NCBI GenBank assembly: GCA_976551045.1
Contig: CDPCPM010000233.1
Span: 1,798,001 to 1,862,000 of the forward strand
Reading direction: 5' to 3'
Length of the DNA stretch: 64,000 nucleotides
DNA from: Glaucostegus cemiculus
Lineage: Eukaryota
The translations under genes were made by a program, and so were the position numbers. Of the stretch, positions 1-12,924 are shown one piece after another (positions within the stretch are counted from its first letter, which is position 1; each line of letters opens with the position of its first letter). Under the pieces are notes generated by a model, which saw only the letters and a list, made by a program, of their open reading frames with translations, made no database searches and was not told the origin of the DNA.

Positions 1-91
1 TGTTATGCAGTATAAAAATAGCTTACAGGTCATCCAGGATATCTGACATATGTTCGTTCTTATGAACAGCAGAATTAGTTTCCTCTTTCTT

Positions 92-125
<34 letters not shown>

Positions 126-302
126 AGTAATTGAGTAATTGTTCTTTCTTATCAGTCTTGTGTGCTTTTGATGCCATTCATTACAATACTGTGGAGGTGT
201 GGTTACCATATCGAGTGATTTTTGTGTATTTTTTGACGGACTAAATTGACTTCAGGGCATTTGTAGAAATGGATCCTGTTCATTACATGGGTACTCTTTG
301 TA
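1..302. mobile_element. Probable Tigger/Tc1-mariner-like MITE remnant with internal (CT)n microsatellite (about 93-122)
   Basis: The 3' end (GACGGACTAAATTGACTT...GGGTACTCTTTGTA) resembles Tigger-type subterminal sequence ending in TA. The (CT)n run is directly visible. Confidence 0.35.
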
Positions 303-469
303 CTCTAAACAGAAAAAAAACCCATGTAGATGCTGGAAATCTGGAATAAATGTGAATAATCTAATTATCTAGATTCTGATACATGCTGGTTTGGAAAGTA
401 CATTGTGTGACTACATCCGACAGATTTAATTTCCATAACTAATAATTCTACGGTGGATGGCAGAAAGTT

Positions 470-1035
470 CTTTGCACCTTCCACCAGCTATAATGGGACC
501 CCACCACCAGGTACACCTTCCCCTCCCCTCCCCTCCCCTCCCCTCCCAGCTTTCCACAGAGGGATCTCCGTAACCCCCTCATCCATTCATCCCTCCCCAC
601 CGATCCCCCTCCCCCCCCAAGGCCCTTGCTCCTGTAACCATGAAAAGTGTTACATGTGCCCCTACACCTCCTCCCTCACCATCATCCAGGACCCTAAACA
701 GTCCCTCCAGGTAAGACAGTCTTTCACATGTGTATTCACTGATGTTATCTTTTGTATCTGATGCTCTTGGTGCGGCCTCCTCTACATCGGTGAGACCGGA
801 CACAGATTGGGGGACCACTTCATCAGTCACCTCTGCTCCATCTGCTGTACCAGCTTGGATATCCCGGTGGCCAGCTATTTTAATTCCACTTCACATTCCC
901 ACACTGACATGTGTGTCCGCAGTCTCCTCCACTGCCGGGTCACAGCCAAACCAAAATTAGAGGAACAACATCGTACATTTCACCTGGGCAGTATCCAGCC
1001 TGGAGGCATGAACATCTTATCCTCAAGCTTCTGTT
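470..1035 (+). mobile_element. Penelope-like retroelement fragment (GIY-YIG endonuclease region), followed by an inverted arm at about 1036-1300
   Basis: Translation gives VIFCI*CSWCGLLYIGET and then YFNSTSHSH, typical of the Penelope GIY-YIG domain. It carries stops and frameshifts. Confidence 0.8.
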
Positions 1036-1689
1036 AACACAAAAAGCACTGGAGGAACTCAGCGGGTCAGACAGCACCTATGCAGGGAAATGGACAGTCC
1101 ATGTTTTGGAAAGAAAGGGGGTGATAGCCAGCATAAAATGGTGGGGGCGAAGGGGCAGAGCAAGAGCTGGCAGATGATACGTGGATCCAGGTGAGGGGGG
1201 TGATAGGCAGATGAGGGCAGGAATGATGTCAGAAGCTGGGGAGGTGTAGGATGGAAGAGACAAAGGGCTGAAGATGATGGAAAATTATAGGAGAGGACAG
1301 TGGATGTTGTGTACAGATAGGTGCCACCTTCAGTGGTGGAAAAGATAATGGTTGGGATGGGAAGGAAACTTGCATACTGTTCATTCAATTGCACACTATC
1401 TCTGTGTAATCAGCAATGATGGACTGCAATAACCAGGCATATTTTCTCAAGCATTTGCAGCTGAATGAAACAAACTATTGTTTATTTTCTTCAAGTTACA
1501 ATTATAGATGCAAATACAAGGGTGGAATCCTTCTGCTCTGGGCATTGTTCATGAAGCTCAGTACAAAATGTACTTCCAACATTTTTAAAGGTTGTCAAGA
1601 CTTTTCCTGCATTTCGGATATTAGCCTGGTGATGGAGAACTGTTGAGATTAGAAGTAGTGCCATTGCCACTGTATCAACAGCATTACCT

Positions 1690-2100
1690 ATAGCTAAACA
1701 AGATGTCATTCAGTGCCTGGTTGATATCCTTCCAGATCATAAATGATCTACAAAATGTTGTCAAGTGTATAATGGACCCCGGTCATGCAGCTAAGTGGAA
1801 TGCATCACTTCCACTTGAAAGAGATGATCATTGCTAGAGATTGGTCTTTCACCAATAGCATCTTCCTACACTAAGCTCTTTGTTGGCAAGATCAGGCAGC
1901 ATTGGATGAAAACATGTCTCTCTGTCTGGTTGCAGAACCAGTGGAATAAGGTCCTCAAGAATATTCCTGAGGTAAGATGTGCACCCTGATGGTATGTCCA
2001 GAGAGGATACCACTTCATTGCCATCTGCCAATATCCTCCTCCTGCTACCCCTGTGAAGCAGGAAAGGGCTTGCATTCTCACCACAGCCAAGTTATGGAGC
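1690..2100 (-). mobile_element. Possible decayed L1/Tx1 ORF2 C-terminal fragment
   Basis: Minus-strand WFCNQTERHVFIQC resembles the C-terminal Cys/His knuckle of L1/Tx1 ORF2. It is highly degenerate. Confidence 0.3.
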
Positions 2101-2166
2101 AATCACTAGACAATGAGACTCTTTGTACAGTAATGCAAGGCACAGCCTAGGCACTGGAATCACATC

Positions 2167-3448
2167 TTGAGGATTGCAGTGGGATTTTCCAGTGGGTTCC
2201 CAGTGGGCCTTTTACTGTGATTGTAATTTTACTTGCAGCATGACTGAGACTGTAGACTGAGAAGAAAAGCTACATTAGAAGGCAAAGTCCCTTGTTCCCC
2301 CCAAACATAACCAACTGCTCAGTACTATGGCTGGTGTATGGCAGATACCAAGAACTGCCTGAGAATGAAGGAGTTCTGTTGCATTCCTATATACGTGGCA
2401 CATCATGAATGCAGTTTGTGGAAGTACAAAGTGCAAACCTCACACTGAGTGCAGAATTGAACAGAGCGCTAAACTCTGAAAATGAAAGTTGAAACGAGTA
2501 AGTGATTCTCTTCCTGAAATTTAATTTAGTTTAATATTTATTGTCTCATAGACTGCAACTTTCATCTCTGGTTGCAAGTTTTTCCCAGTAACTAAATATG
2601 GTCCACAGAAAGCATGTGGGAAAACACTACACTGCACGGTTGGTGTGGACAGACTCATGCTTGACCCACCAATGATCAGAAGTTAGGGAGGTTGTTTTCT
2701 CCAAGGGCATATAAATAGACATAGTACCTGCAATGTTGTTTGACATTGTGGTCACATAGGGGAACCTTTCCAAAGAACCAGCCCAAGGGACCTTTCAGAT
2801 TGCAGACCACAGTTTCAGTTTTATAGGAACACAAGAACATTGTGTGGTTTACAGCCCACAAACCTGCTCCACTACTTCATACAATCATGGCTGACCCTCT
2901 CCCTCAAATCTATTTTGCACCCAATCCTCAAAAGTTCTGATAATTTTCATAAATTAGCGGTGACTCTGGATCAAGTGAGTTGCCCTGTGTGTTTGTGACA
3001 GTTGTCAGCTTTAATTGGGATATCCATGATGCTTTTGCATCTTAGAATATGCCAATCTCATGTCTCATTGCGGTCTCAATGCAACTCCCAATGGTGGCCT
3101 GAACCCAATCGCCTGGCAGGAAGCTGAGGGAACTAGACTCGCTAGTCACTTAACATTCCAACTGGATCCAGTGATTGGAAAGCTGTCTGGGTTGGTAAGT
3201 GAGCTCAGAGTCACACAGCATTGAGGTTAGCAATGGGATTTTCCAGTGGGTTCCCAGTGAGCCTTTTACTGTGATTGTAATTTTACTTGCAGCATGACTG
3301 AGACTGTAGATTGAGATGAAAAGCCATGTCAGGAGGCAAAATCCCTGGTTCCCCCCAAACATAACCAACTGCTCAGTACTATGGCTGGTGTATGGCAGAT
3401 GCCAAGAACTGCCTGGGAATGAAGGGGTCATGTTGCCTTCCTAGATAC
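2167..3448 (+). repeat. Local direct duplication of about 230 bp (2167-2394 vs 3221-3448)
   Basis: Both copies share long identical runs such as CCTTTTACTGTGATTGTAATTTTACTTGCAGCATGACTGAGACTGTAGA and CCAAACATAACCAACTGCTCAGTACTATGGCTGGTGTATGGCAGAT. Confidence 0.9.
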
Positions 3449-3479
3449 ATAGCTCCTTTGTGTTGTGATCTTGTGAGCA

Positions 3480-3772
3480 CAGCCACAAAGCCCTTTAACC
3501 CATGTCTGCACCATCGGGCATCTATTTACATTCATTCTATGCTAATCCCATTTTATTCTGACCATCAGCTCCCCCCAGGTTCTAGCACTCACCTGCACAC
3601 AGTTGCCAATTAACCTACCAATCTGCATTCTTTTGGAATATGGGAGGAAACCGGAATACCCAGAAGAACAGGGTAACAGGGAGATCTAAGAAACTTCACA
3701 CAGACAGCATCAGGCATCAGGACTGAACCTGGGTTGCTGATCTGTGGGGCAGCATCTCTACTATCTGTGCCA
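3480..3772 (-). mobile_element. tRNA-derived V-domain SINE (degraded)
   Basis: Contains TGGGAGGAAACCGGA, the reverse complement of the V-domain core TCCGGTTTCCTCCCA. Confidence 0.65.
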
Positions 3773-3916
3773 TCCAAGGTTCACCTAGCTTTGTGAGCTG
3801 TCAACCCAATTTCATCCTGATGTAGGGTTTCAACCTGAAACATCAACAATTCTTTTCCTGCCACAGATGCTGCTCAACCTGCCAAGCTCCTCCAGTATCT
3901 TGTTTGTGCTCCAGAT

Positions 3917-4495
3917 TGGTATTGGTTTTGGTTTATTATTGCCACTTGTACTGAGGTACAGTGAAATGGTCTTGCATACCATTCGTACAGATCAACTCAT
4001 TACACAGTGTAGATACATTGAGTTAGTACAGAGTGCATTGAGGTAGTGCAGGGTAAAAACAATCACAGAATACAGAGTAAAGTGTCACAGCTACAGGGAA
4101 GTGCATTGCAGGTAGTCAATAAGGTGCAAGGTCATAACAAGGTAGATTGTGAGGTCAAGAGTCCATCTCATCGTATAAGGGAACCATTCAATAGTCTTAT
4201 CACAGTGGGATAGAAGCTGTCCTTGAGCATGGTGGTATGTGCCCTCAGGCTCCTGTATCTTCTGCCTGATGGGAGAGGAAAAAATGACCCATGTGGGTGG
4301 GGTCGTTGATTATGCTGACTGCTTTACCGAGGCAGTGAGAGGTATAGCCAGAGTCTATGGAGGGGAGGCTGGTTTCCTTGATGCACTGGGCTGTGTCCAC
4401 AACTCTCTGCAGTTTCTTGTGGTCCTGGGCAGAGCAGTTGCCATACGAAGCCGTGATGCATCCAGATAGGATGCTTTCTATGGTGCATTGATAAA
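3917..4495 (-). mobile_element. Rex1/Babar-clade LINE 3' fragment
   Basis: Same family as 63113-63510 (LPSGRRYRSLR motif on the minus strand). It has an (ACCAAT)n-like tail and is inserted into a Penelope-derived arm. Confidence 0.75.
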
Positions 4496-4689
4496 TTCAA
4501 TTCAAGAGACTGCAGATTTCAGCATCTCCAATCTCTTGTGTGTTCAATGGTTTCACAGTTGGATGAGTTTTATGAAAACAAATCCCATCTGTTTTTGACT
4601 CCAGCCATAGTGTAATTGGTGACAGTTTCACCTTACAGTCTTTTTGTACCTTCAAGTTCCACACAAATACCACTCAAAATCTAACAAGG

Positions 4690-4910
4690 TGTTGGAGGAA
4701 CTCAGTGGCTCAGGCAGCATCTGTGGAGGGAAATGAACAGTGGAGATTTCAGGTGGAGACCCTTTATTTAGACGCTTCATCTTCAGATGAAGGAACTCGA
4801 CCTGAAACGTCTGCAGTCCATTTCCCTCCACAGATGCTGTCTGGCCCACTGAGTTTTGCCAGCATCTTGTTTGTTGCTCCAGAATCCAGCATCTACAGTC
4901 TCTTGTGCCT
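4690..4910. mobile_element. Penelope-derived palindromic mini-element (two inverted arms)
   Basis: CAGCATCTGTGGAGGGAAATG is followed by its reverse complement CATTTCCCTCCACAGATGCTG around a short centre. Confidence 0.75.
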
Positions 4911-5009
4911 CCACTTAGAATCTAGGCAGACTCAACAGACCTTTCAGATTGTAGACGACAGTTTCAGTATTATAAGAACACAAGAACAGAGTGTGGTTTA
5001 CAGCCACAA

Positions 5010-5385
5010 TTAATGGTGGGAACCTTAACAATGTTGAGGTACAGAGGGATCTTGGGGTCCAAGTCCATAGCTCCCAAAAGTAGCTGGACAAGTTGATAGG
5101 GTGGCAAAGAAGGCCCATGGCATGCATGCCTTTATTAGTCACAGAAGTGAGTTCAAGAGTCAGGAAGTTATGTTGTAGCTTTGGAGAGGGTGCAGAAGTG
5201 TTTTACCAAGATGCTGCCTGGATTAGAGGGCACATGCTATAAGGAGAGGTTTTCTCTGAAGCGGCAAAGGCTGAGGGGAGGCCTGATAGATAAGATTATG
5301 AGAGGCATAGATAGACAGCTGGTCAAACTGTCTGATAATAGAGGGTATGTATTTAAGGTGAGAAGGGGTAAGTTCAAAGGAGCTG
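5010..5385 (+). mobile_element. CR1-like LINE 3' fragment
   Basis: Translation ERVQKCFTKMLPGLEG...RLRG is typical of the CR1 ORF2 C-terminus. Confidence 0.75.
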
Positions 5386-5804
5386 TGCGGGGCAGCATGG
5401 CGACACTTGCGGGCTGCCCCCCAGAACACTCTAAGCAAAAAATGCGTTTCACTGTGTGCTGCCATGTACATGTGACTGATAAAGATCTGATCTTATTAGG
5501 AACTGTTAGTCGACTCTGCCTCGCTGTGTGGGCCAGCACACAGGACTTACACGTTGAAGACAGAGCCACCACTTGCTGCTGCGACACACGGGCCACCGAT
5601 CTACCTTGTAGTGACCTTGCACCTTATTGCACTGCACTTTCTCTGTAGCTGTGACACTTTATGCTGTATGGTTACTGTTTTTACCTGTACTACATCTATG
5701 CACTCTATACTAACCCAAGGTAACTGCACTGTGCAATGAATTGACCTGTGTGATCAGTGTGCAAGACCAGTTTTTCACTGTATCTCAGTACAAGTGACAA
5801 TATT

Positions 5805-6310
5805 AAACCAATAGCTCCTGGGCACTCACCAATTACGCATGCGCACCGCACTCCCACAAAGGAGATGTGCGCAGGCGCGCTGTGATCCCTACTCTCGTTG
5901 CCGTAGCAGCCGCGAGGGCGTCCCCCGAGCCCGCCCCGCTGTCTGACGTCAGCCACAGCGCGGCCCCGGCTGCTGTTGGAGGCCCGCGCAGGCGCGGTGG
6001 CTCAATGACGCCGGAGGCGGCGAGAGTGAGCGCAGGCGCGGTGGGCTGACCGCGGCTGAAGATGGCGGGTCCTCTAGCTGTCGCCGGTGATGTGGTGGTG
6101 GACGCGCTGCCCTATTTCGACCAGGGTTACGACGCGCCGGGAGTCCGAGAGGCGGTGAGTGCCGGAGCGGGGGAAGGAAGACTTGGGTGACTGCGCGGGC
6201 GGTTTGTAATGGAGGAAGGCGGAGAGAGGGGCGAGGAGACACCTGTGAGATGGAGCCTGCGGTCGTCGGTGGGTCTGGGTCTGGGCCTGGGCCTGAGGCC
6301 AGAGGAAAGG
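5805..6310 (+). promoter_or_regulatory. BCAS2: CpG-rich TATA-less promoter/first exon region of BCAS2
   Basis: This is the only strongly CpG-rich stretch in the window. It has four NRF1-like GCGCA(T/G)GCGC motifs (about 5835, 5868, 5985, 6029), an X-box-like GTTGCCGTAGCAGC (5897-5910), a palindromic CRE TGACGTCA (5944-5951) and a YY1-like AAGATGGCGG over the ATG (6059-6068). Confidence 0.8.
6062..6154 (+). CDS. BCAS2: BCAS2/SPF27 (PRP19-CDC5L complex) coding exon 1
   Basis: Encodes [31 protein letters not shown], matching the BCAS2 N-terminus. Donor GTGAGT at 6155; 93 nt. Confidence 0.97.
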
Positions 6311-6794
6311 ACCAGACCTGCACCGTGACCACTAATGGCCAACATTTCAGTACTTCTCATGGCCATAACTCGGGTGTTTTCCCCATTGGCATCTAGTGTG
6401 TGGAATTCCTGGCTAGGAGCTTTCAGCAAATGAGGGGAATGAAACATTCTTTATTCTGCTTTCACTTGAGATATTTACAGTAATCTTCACGTAACAGCTG
6501 ACACGAAGGTGCTCTTCCCTTTCTCCTGCATGCAAGGAGCAGAGCCATGTGTATACATGTGACCACCCCTATGGTCAATCTGCCAATGATCCATTTGTGT
6601 GTGATTTTCCAGTGACTGGGTTGCCCTTTTCGCTTGACTAGAGTATCTTTATAGTTGAGAATTCTTTTAAAGGTGAAACCCCATAAACCACTGAAGTGGC
6701 AGCTTATCCTTTTGATCTAGAACTAAGTTTTGTATTTCTCCTCCCGCCTGCCTGCCAGAGTAAATTGCACTTTTAAACTCTCTTTCCCCATTCT

Positions 6795-7085
6795 TAAGAT
6801 GAGATTTCTTTATTAGTCACATGTACATCGAGATACACAATGAAATGCACTTCTTGTGTAGCGTTCTGGGGACAGCTCGGAAGTGTCACCATGCTTCTGG
6901 TGCCAACAGAGCATGCCCACAACTTCCTAACCTTACATCTTTGGAATGTGGGAGGAAACCAGAGCACTCGGAGGAAACCCACGCAGACGTGGGAAGAATG
7001 TACAAACTCCTTACAGACAGTGGCAGTAATTGAACCTGAGTCGCTGGCACTATAAAGCGTCACGCTAACCGCTATACTACCGTGT
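6795..7085 (-). mobile_element. tRNA-derived V-domain SINE in BCAS2 intron 1
   Basis: The reverse complement has a tRNA-like head (ACGGTAGTATAGCGGTTAGCGTGAC) and the V core. Related copy at 40551-40796. Confidence 0.85.
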
Positions 7086-8579
7086 CTGGTGTTTGTCAGC
7101 TGTTTGATAGAATTTCTAATGTTACAAAGTTATAATTTTGCATTACATTCCAAGTGATTCATAATTTCAGTAGTTACAGTGAGTTACTTCAATAATATTT
7201 CAGATAAAAAGCTGGTTCAGTAGAATTCCCCATATGCATTCAAGGGAGGAAAATAAAAATTTCAAATATTTAAGACTTCCCAACATCTGCTCTTCTGTTA
7301 TTGAACCAAGCTAAACCCATATTATCATGAAATAGTCTCTTAATGTAAGTACAGTTAGCTGCTCTACCTTCAGACATTGCTAAACTCCAAGAATTCCATG
7401 TATCTGCTTTGTGGATCAGTTGCAACATTGTGTTCTGAATAGATATAGTGCTGATTTGGGAAAATGATATGGGAGATTGTAGAGTTAAATTATGAGTAAT
7501 ATTGACTTGTATTTCCTTAAATATGGAATATCCAGGAATTTGTTAAAAGGCTTAAGTAGGATAGAGTCCAGTTTTCTGTCCCATTTGGATGAGGAAATCT
7601 GGAACAGGATTTTTGTAAATTGAAATGAAGGGAAATGGATCAGTAGCAGTAAAATGAAGATGAGAACAGCAATTAGCTAATTGAATGGTGGAATAAACAC
7701 AGATAAATGATCGAAGAACATGGAAATTGGAGTAGCTTACTTAATTCCCCTTGAGCCGGTTCTGCAGTTCTTAGCTTGGTCATTATCTCCATTGATCTAA
7801 CTTGATACACAGGCCATTTCCTGATAATAAAATTCTGAGCATAAAGCCCCCACCTCAAGACTGGATGGATTGCATCCATGCATTTTAACAGATCTTGAAG
7901 AGATAGCAGAGGCATCGTGACAAATATTTAATAATTTCATAGAAAAAAAGTCATGGTCTGGATAAGTGATTATAAAATTAAATTTAAGAAAAGGGAAAGA
8001 ACATTTCTGGTCAGCATAACATTGGCAGTAGGCAAAATAGGGGAATCTTTCAGAGGAATATTTCAGAAATGGAAATTATAATAATGAATAACATGGATTT
8101 CAAAGTAAATAATATTGAGGACTATTTTTGTTGAACCACAGCTATTGATTATTTGACCATCTTGCAAGTCTTGTAATTTTCCGCAGCCCCCACTCTCCAA
8201 CTATTATCCACAAAAATTGTAACTTTAAATTCTAGTATATAGAGATTTCGGTAGAGTGCATACAGAGAGAATGTTTCCACTTGTTGGGGAGAGGGTGTGG
8301 AAGTATAATCAAGTGTTGCCTGTATAAGATAGTTGCCAAGGAACTAAGTAAGGAATTCAGAAGAAACTGCTTTAACCAGAGAATATAGATCTTGCAACAA
8401 TGGAGAGTGGTTGAAGGGAATAGTGTGGATGTGTTTTAGGAATGCTGGACAAGCATACGAGAGAGAAGTGGGAGAAAGTGGATTGTCCTAATAGATCTAG
8501 TTGAGGAAAGTGAAGCAAAAACACCAACATGGACTAGTTGGACAGGCATAGCTCCTTTGCCCTTGATGTGAGGGTTCTT

Positions 8580-9660
8580 AACGCCATCTCACAGCACTCA
8601 AGTCAAGACTTGCCACTGTCCTACAATGACGTGAAGTTGAAAGGGGCCAATTGAAAAATAACAAGGACTGGGGACCAGAGGGCATCTCCACTGAAGTTCT
8701 AACACTTGGCTGAAAGAAACCTCAGGCTCAAATTCACAGCTTTGTTACCCACATGTGGAAATGGAAGGATGTGCTAGAGGACCTTGGATACCACAATAGT
8801 GACTACCTTCGAGAAAGGAGAGAAAACAGGAGTCTCTTTGCTACTTGCCACAGGAAAAGTCATTGCAGGGACCCTCCACAGTACCTCCTCCAGTGGCTGA
8901 AGAGTTGTTTGCCAAGTTGTAGTACAGACAGGAAATGGATGGGATCAATTCTGTGTAACAATGCCAAGAAAACTGCAGGGAGCAGCAATAGACAGTGTAT
9001 GTTGCCTTTTATGATTAGGCCAAAGTTTTTGACCATGTAAATCAGGAGGCAATTTGGAAGATCCTGCATCCAGACAATGATGAAGCACGCAAATTTGCTG
9101 TATGATCTCTTTTGGACTGTCTGCATTGCTAGCCAGTCAAATGGGTCCAATCATTTAAAACTGAGGTCCCTCGAAATTTCTTCTCACCCGCTGGTGAATC
9201 TCTGGAATTCTCTGGCCCAGAGACTTGTAGAAGCTAGCTCATTAGGAGTTTTTAAAGTGGAGTGAGATAAACTTTTGAAAGATCAGGGGATTGAGAACTA
9301 TGGCGATATGGCACAAAAAAGAGTTGAGGCTTAGGATGGATCAGCCATGATCCTATTGAATTGTGGGACAGGCTTGAGGGGCCAAGTGGCCTGTTTCTAC
9401 TATTTTCTTGTGTTATGATGGCATGTGAGGCCTGGTTTTGACCAATGGGTCCACTGCAGACCCAATCCTAGTGCAGCCTAGGTCAAGCAAGGCTGTGTCA
9501 TTGCTCCAACACTTTCTTAGCCTCACTTGCCACAATATGGTACCTCAAATCTAACGGGTTTCGCATTGGAGTAGAGCTAATCAGCCGGATGAGTGGGAAA
9601 TTGTTCAAACTACATTACCTCCATTTCAGAACCAAGGTCACGTCAACTGCAGTCACTCAA
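8580..9660 (+). mobile_element. Decayed RTE-clade RT fragment interrupted by a CR1 3' end (about 9175-9416)
   Basis: QLKNNK..GPEGI..EVL-like and VKQGCVIAPTL motifs flank a CR1 3' segment (VNLWNSL). Confidence 0.65.
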
Positions 9661-10933
9661 TGGCATTACCGTTGCTTTAATATTTAATGATATACATTTA
9701 AACAATGAATCAATACATTTATGAGGATAAAAAGCAAAGTTAATTTAAAAATCAAATTGTAGGTATTGCAATATTATAGTCATCTGCATACAATTTTATA
9801 AATATTATCCAAAAAATGTGGTAAAATGTGTGTGCTCATGAGATCACTTTATTTTCCATTGTTGTTGGAATTTAAGAAAAATTCATTTGGACTTGTGTGC
9901 ATTCAACCTTGTAATATTTTTCAAAATGTCAGCTACAAGAAAAAGCAAAGTCTAATTCCAAATGTAGCCATTTCAGCATAAAATGGAACAACTGCAAATA
10001 TAATAAATCTAATTTACATGTGTAACAATGTTCAGTTAGATGTTATTACATATGTGATTACATACATAATTGTGCTGTACATTCTACATAAACAAAACAC
10101 AAGATCTTTTTCTGTGTTCTAGTGTTTCCAGGATTTAGATGTTGTATTGATGGCATCAGAAGTTTTTGCTCTCCAGAAGATCACGTTGTCTTTGTGCTTG
10201 AACTTGTCTTTGTATTGGGCCAAAATTAGTAAATAAATTTTCAGTAAAGTATGGGATTCCTTATGAAAAGAATTTGAAATATTTTCTACCCAGTTTACAG
10301 CACTTGGTAAATAACTCGTCAGTCTTACTTGGGAACTAAAATTGGTTGGAATTAAGTTGGCAGAATGTCGCTCTTCGTGTACTAGCAGTGGCCTAAACCA
10401 CCAGGAAACCTACTGCTTGCCCACATTTAATCTGCTGTAATAGCCAAACTATATTTCGTAGATACAAATGAGAAAATAAGCTATAACTTCAGTTATCTGA
10501 AATATATAATGAAATGTTACTGAAAATGCATTGGAGGTTCTTTAACATTTTATAAGGAGAAAAGGTGGTTTGCTCTTTGTCTATAGACCATTCATAGATT
10601 ATAATTTTATTTTTTAAATCCTATTTCATCCTCTATCCCTTATCTGGTAACTCCCAGACTAAGGGTAGGTCTCTAAATAAAAATCTTGGGTAGATCTGCA
10701 CCTCTGAAGTCAACTAACTTGGCACAGGCAACGGATTTGCCAGCTTCCTAACCTGTATGACTCCATCACATAAAGCAACAGTGCTTTGGGCTACACACAT
10801 TTGGCTTCAGTTTCATTCTGTGTGGTAACTTAACCACTAAGCCATTATACCATTTTACAGCTGCATTCCTGTAAGAATTAACAAGGAAAGCCCATAATAT
10901 TCAGACTCTCATTATTTTATTCTTGTCTTCCAG

Positions 10934-11026
10934 GCAGCTGCCCTAGTGGAAGAAGAGACCAGACGTTACCGACCCACAAAGAATTACCTGAGTTATTTGC
11001 CTACGCCTGACTATTCAGCATTTGAA
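10934..11026 (+). CDS. BCAS2: BCAS2 coding exon 2
   Basis: Encodes [31 protein letters not shown]. Acceptor TTCCAG, donor GTGAGT; 93 nt. Confidence 0.97.
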
Positions 11027-12924
11027 GTGAGTATGCATAACTTTTTAACTCTGTCTGGAAGCTGTGACTCTACGTTACTCCATTCAGCACCTGAAAAGGT
11101 ACAGAGAAAGTACATATTTAAGATGATATTATGCAGATGTTAAGTAGAAAAATAGGAGTGCAGGTGTAAACTGAGATCTTTCAGCATTTCTTTCAAATAG
11201 GTTTTTTGTGTGTGAATTTAGCAGTAAATGAGGTAAGGCATGAAAGATACCCTTCTAGGGTCAAAGCTGTTGTCCAAAACTGCTTTCTAAGTGTTGCCCT
11301 GCTTAAGTCATTATTGATCATGGGGCTCTTTGGTCAAAATAGATCAACTTTGGACTGAGCACCATCCAAACTTTTCAATTTTCATTTCCACTGTACTTTT
11401 GAAAATGATGTGAAATGAGAGAAATGGAGGTTATGTTGACAGACTAAATCTTCCTAGTTATTGCTCATGGGAAGAGAAGAACCATGGCACTGGGAGGGGA
11501 GTGCTAATGTGGAGGTGGGAAAAAGGTATTTTTGCTAATATCTACTTTCAAAAGCTAAGTTTTGATTGGAAGTACTGAATAAAAGTACAATTCCTGTTGA
11601 GTGTATTTGATGTATTTAACTATGACTTGCAACTATAAGTGATGCCTGGCAAAATTCAGTACTTCTAATTTTTATTTTAAAATAAACATTAATTTTTAAA
11701 GCACACAGATAATCTCTGTCCTCTATCCATCTATTTTTTCTGTGTCTATCTTGAAGTACTGTTGCTAATGCCAATAATGACTTGCGCACCTAAATGGGAA
11801 ATTACTCCTGAAACAATGTTATGATTATCATAGTACTTTGAATTCTCAATGTTTTTTCTTCGTCATCCAACCTGGGTTGGAAATTGAAGACTGATCTCTC
11901 ATTGGTTGTTCAGACTGTCACGAAAAATGTTAAAGCTGATTCTCCTCAGTGAGAACAGCTGGAGCAGTGGCTAAAGCTCTGGAGGTCAAAGGGAGGTTAG
12001 GTCATCGAGTAATTACATTTTAACAAAATATGAACAGCTGCTTGACATAAGCAGCACCTTTGGCCAGCTTCCATGAACATTGTCTGAGATTAGTGGGGGG
12101 ACCAGAGGTGGAGAAGATTCTCTATTAAAACAATAATTGATATAGGTTGGCTGGACAATAGGCCACAAGTGTTGTGGGAGACAAGGGTATGACAGCATAG
12201 TGTAAGTTACAAGATTTCTAGGTGAAGCAGTAATTTCCTTGCACATCTTCCAATCTAATGTACTGCATTTGGTCTTCAGAATGTGTTCTTCTCTCTATTG
12301 GAAACACCAAATGCAGATTGAATGATGGCTTTGCTGAGCACCACATTCAGTTTGCAGGGCAACACAGAGCTTCCTCGTGCCTGCCACTTTAATTGTCTAT
12401 CACATATCCACCCTGACTATCTGTCCGTAGATGACTTGCACAATGATTTGCACAATGACTTGCACATTGTACATCATGATCTGATGTAAGTCATCCACCT
12501 GTGATATTAGCTCAGGTTTTCTCTCTCCATTAGTACAGCCTGACCTGCTGGGCATGCCCTGTAACTCCACTATTTGCAACACATTTTGCTTCTTTGATTG
12601 TATTATCGTCCTCAAGTTGCCCTTAATTAACCCATGTAACTGGAGGTCTTCAACAATTTAATGCAATGGCAAGCCTGGCCTTGCTCTCTTGCAGATATTC
12701 CCCTTGGTTCTGTCTATCCCTCCTGAAAACTAATTTGATTTTTTTTCTCCCCCAGTTCTAACAAAGGGTCTTTGACCTGAAACATTGATTCTGTTTTTCT
12801 TCCCACAGATGCTGCCTGACCTGAGTGTTTCCAGCGTTTCCTAATTTTATTTCAGATTATTAGTAATAGCATTTTTTTAAAATTTCAATTTGAGCCTAAT
12901 TTTACTTCATGAATGATAATCTGC

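Noticed and set aside
5705-6447. Overlapping antisense ORFs around BCAS2 exon 1
   Set aside because: Such ORFs are expected in GC-rich CpG-island sequence. The translations are low-complexity with no recognisable domain.
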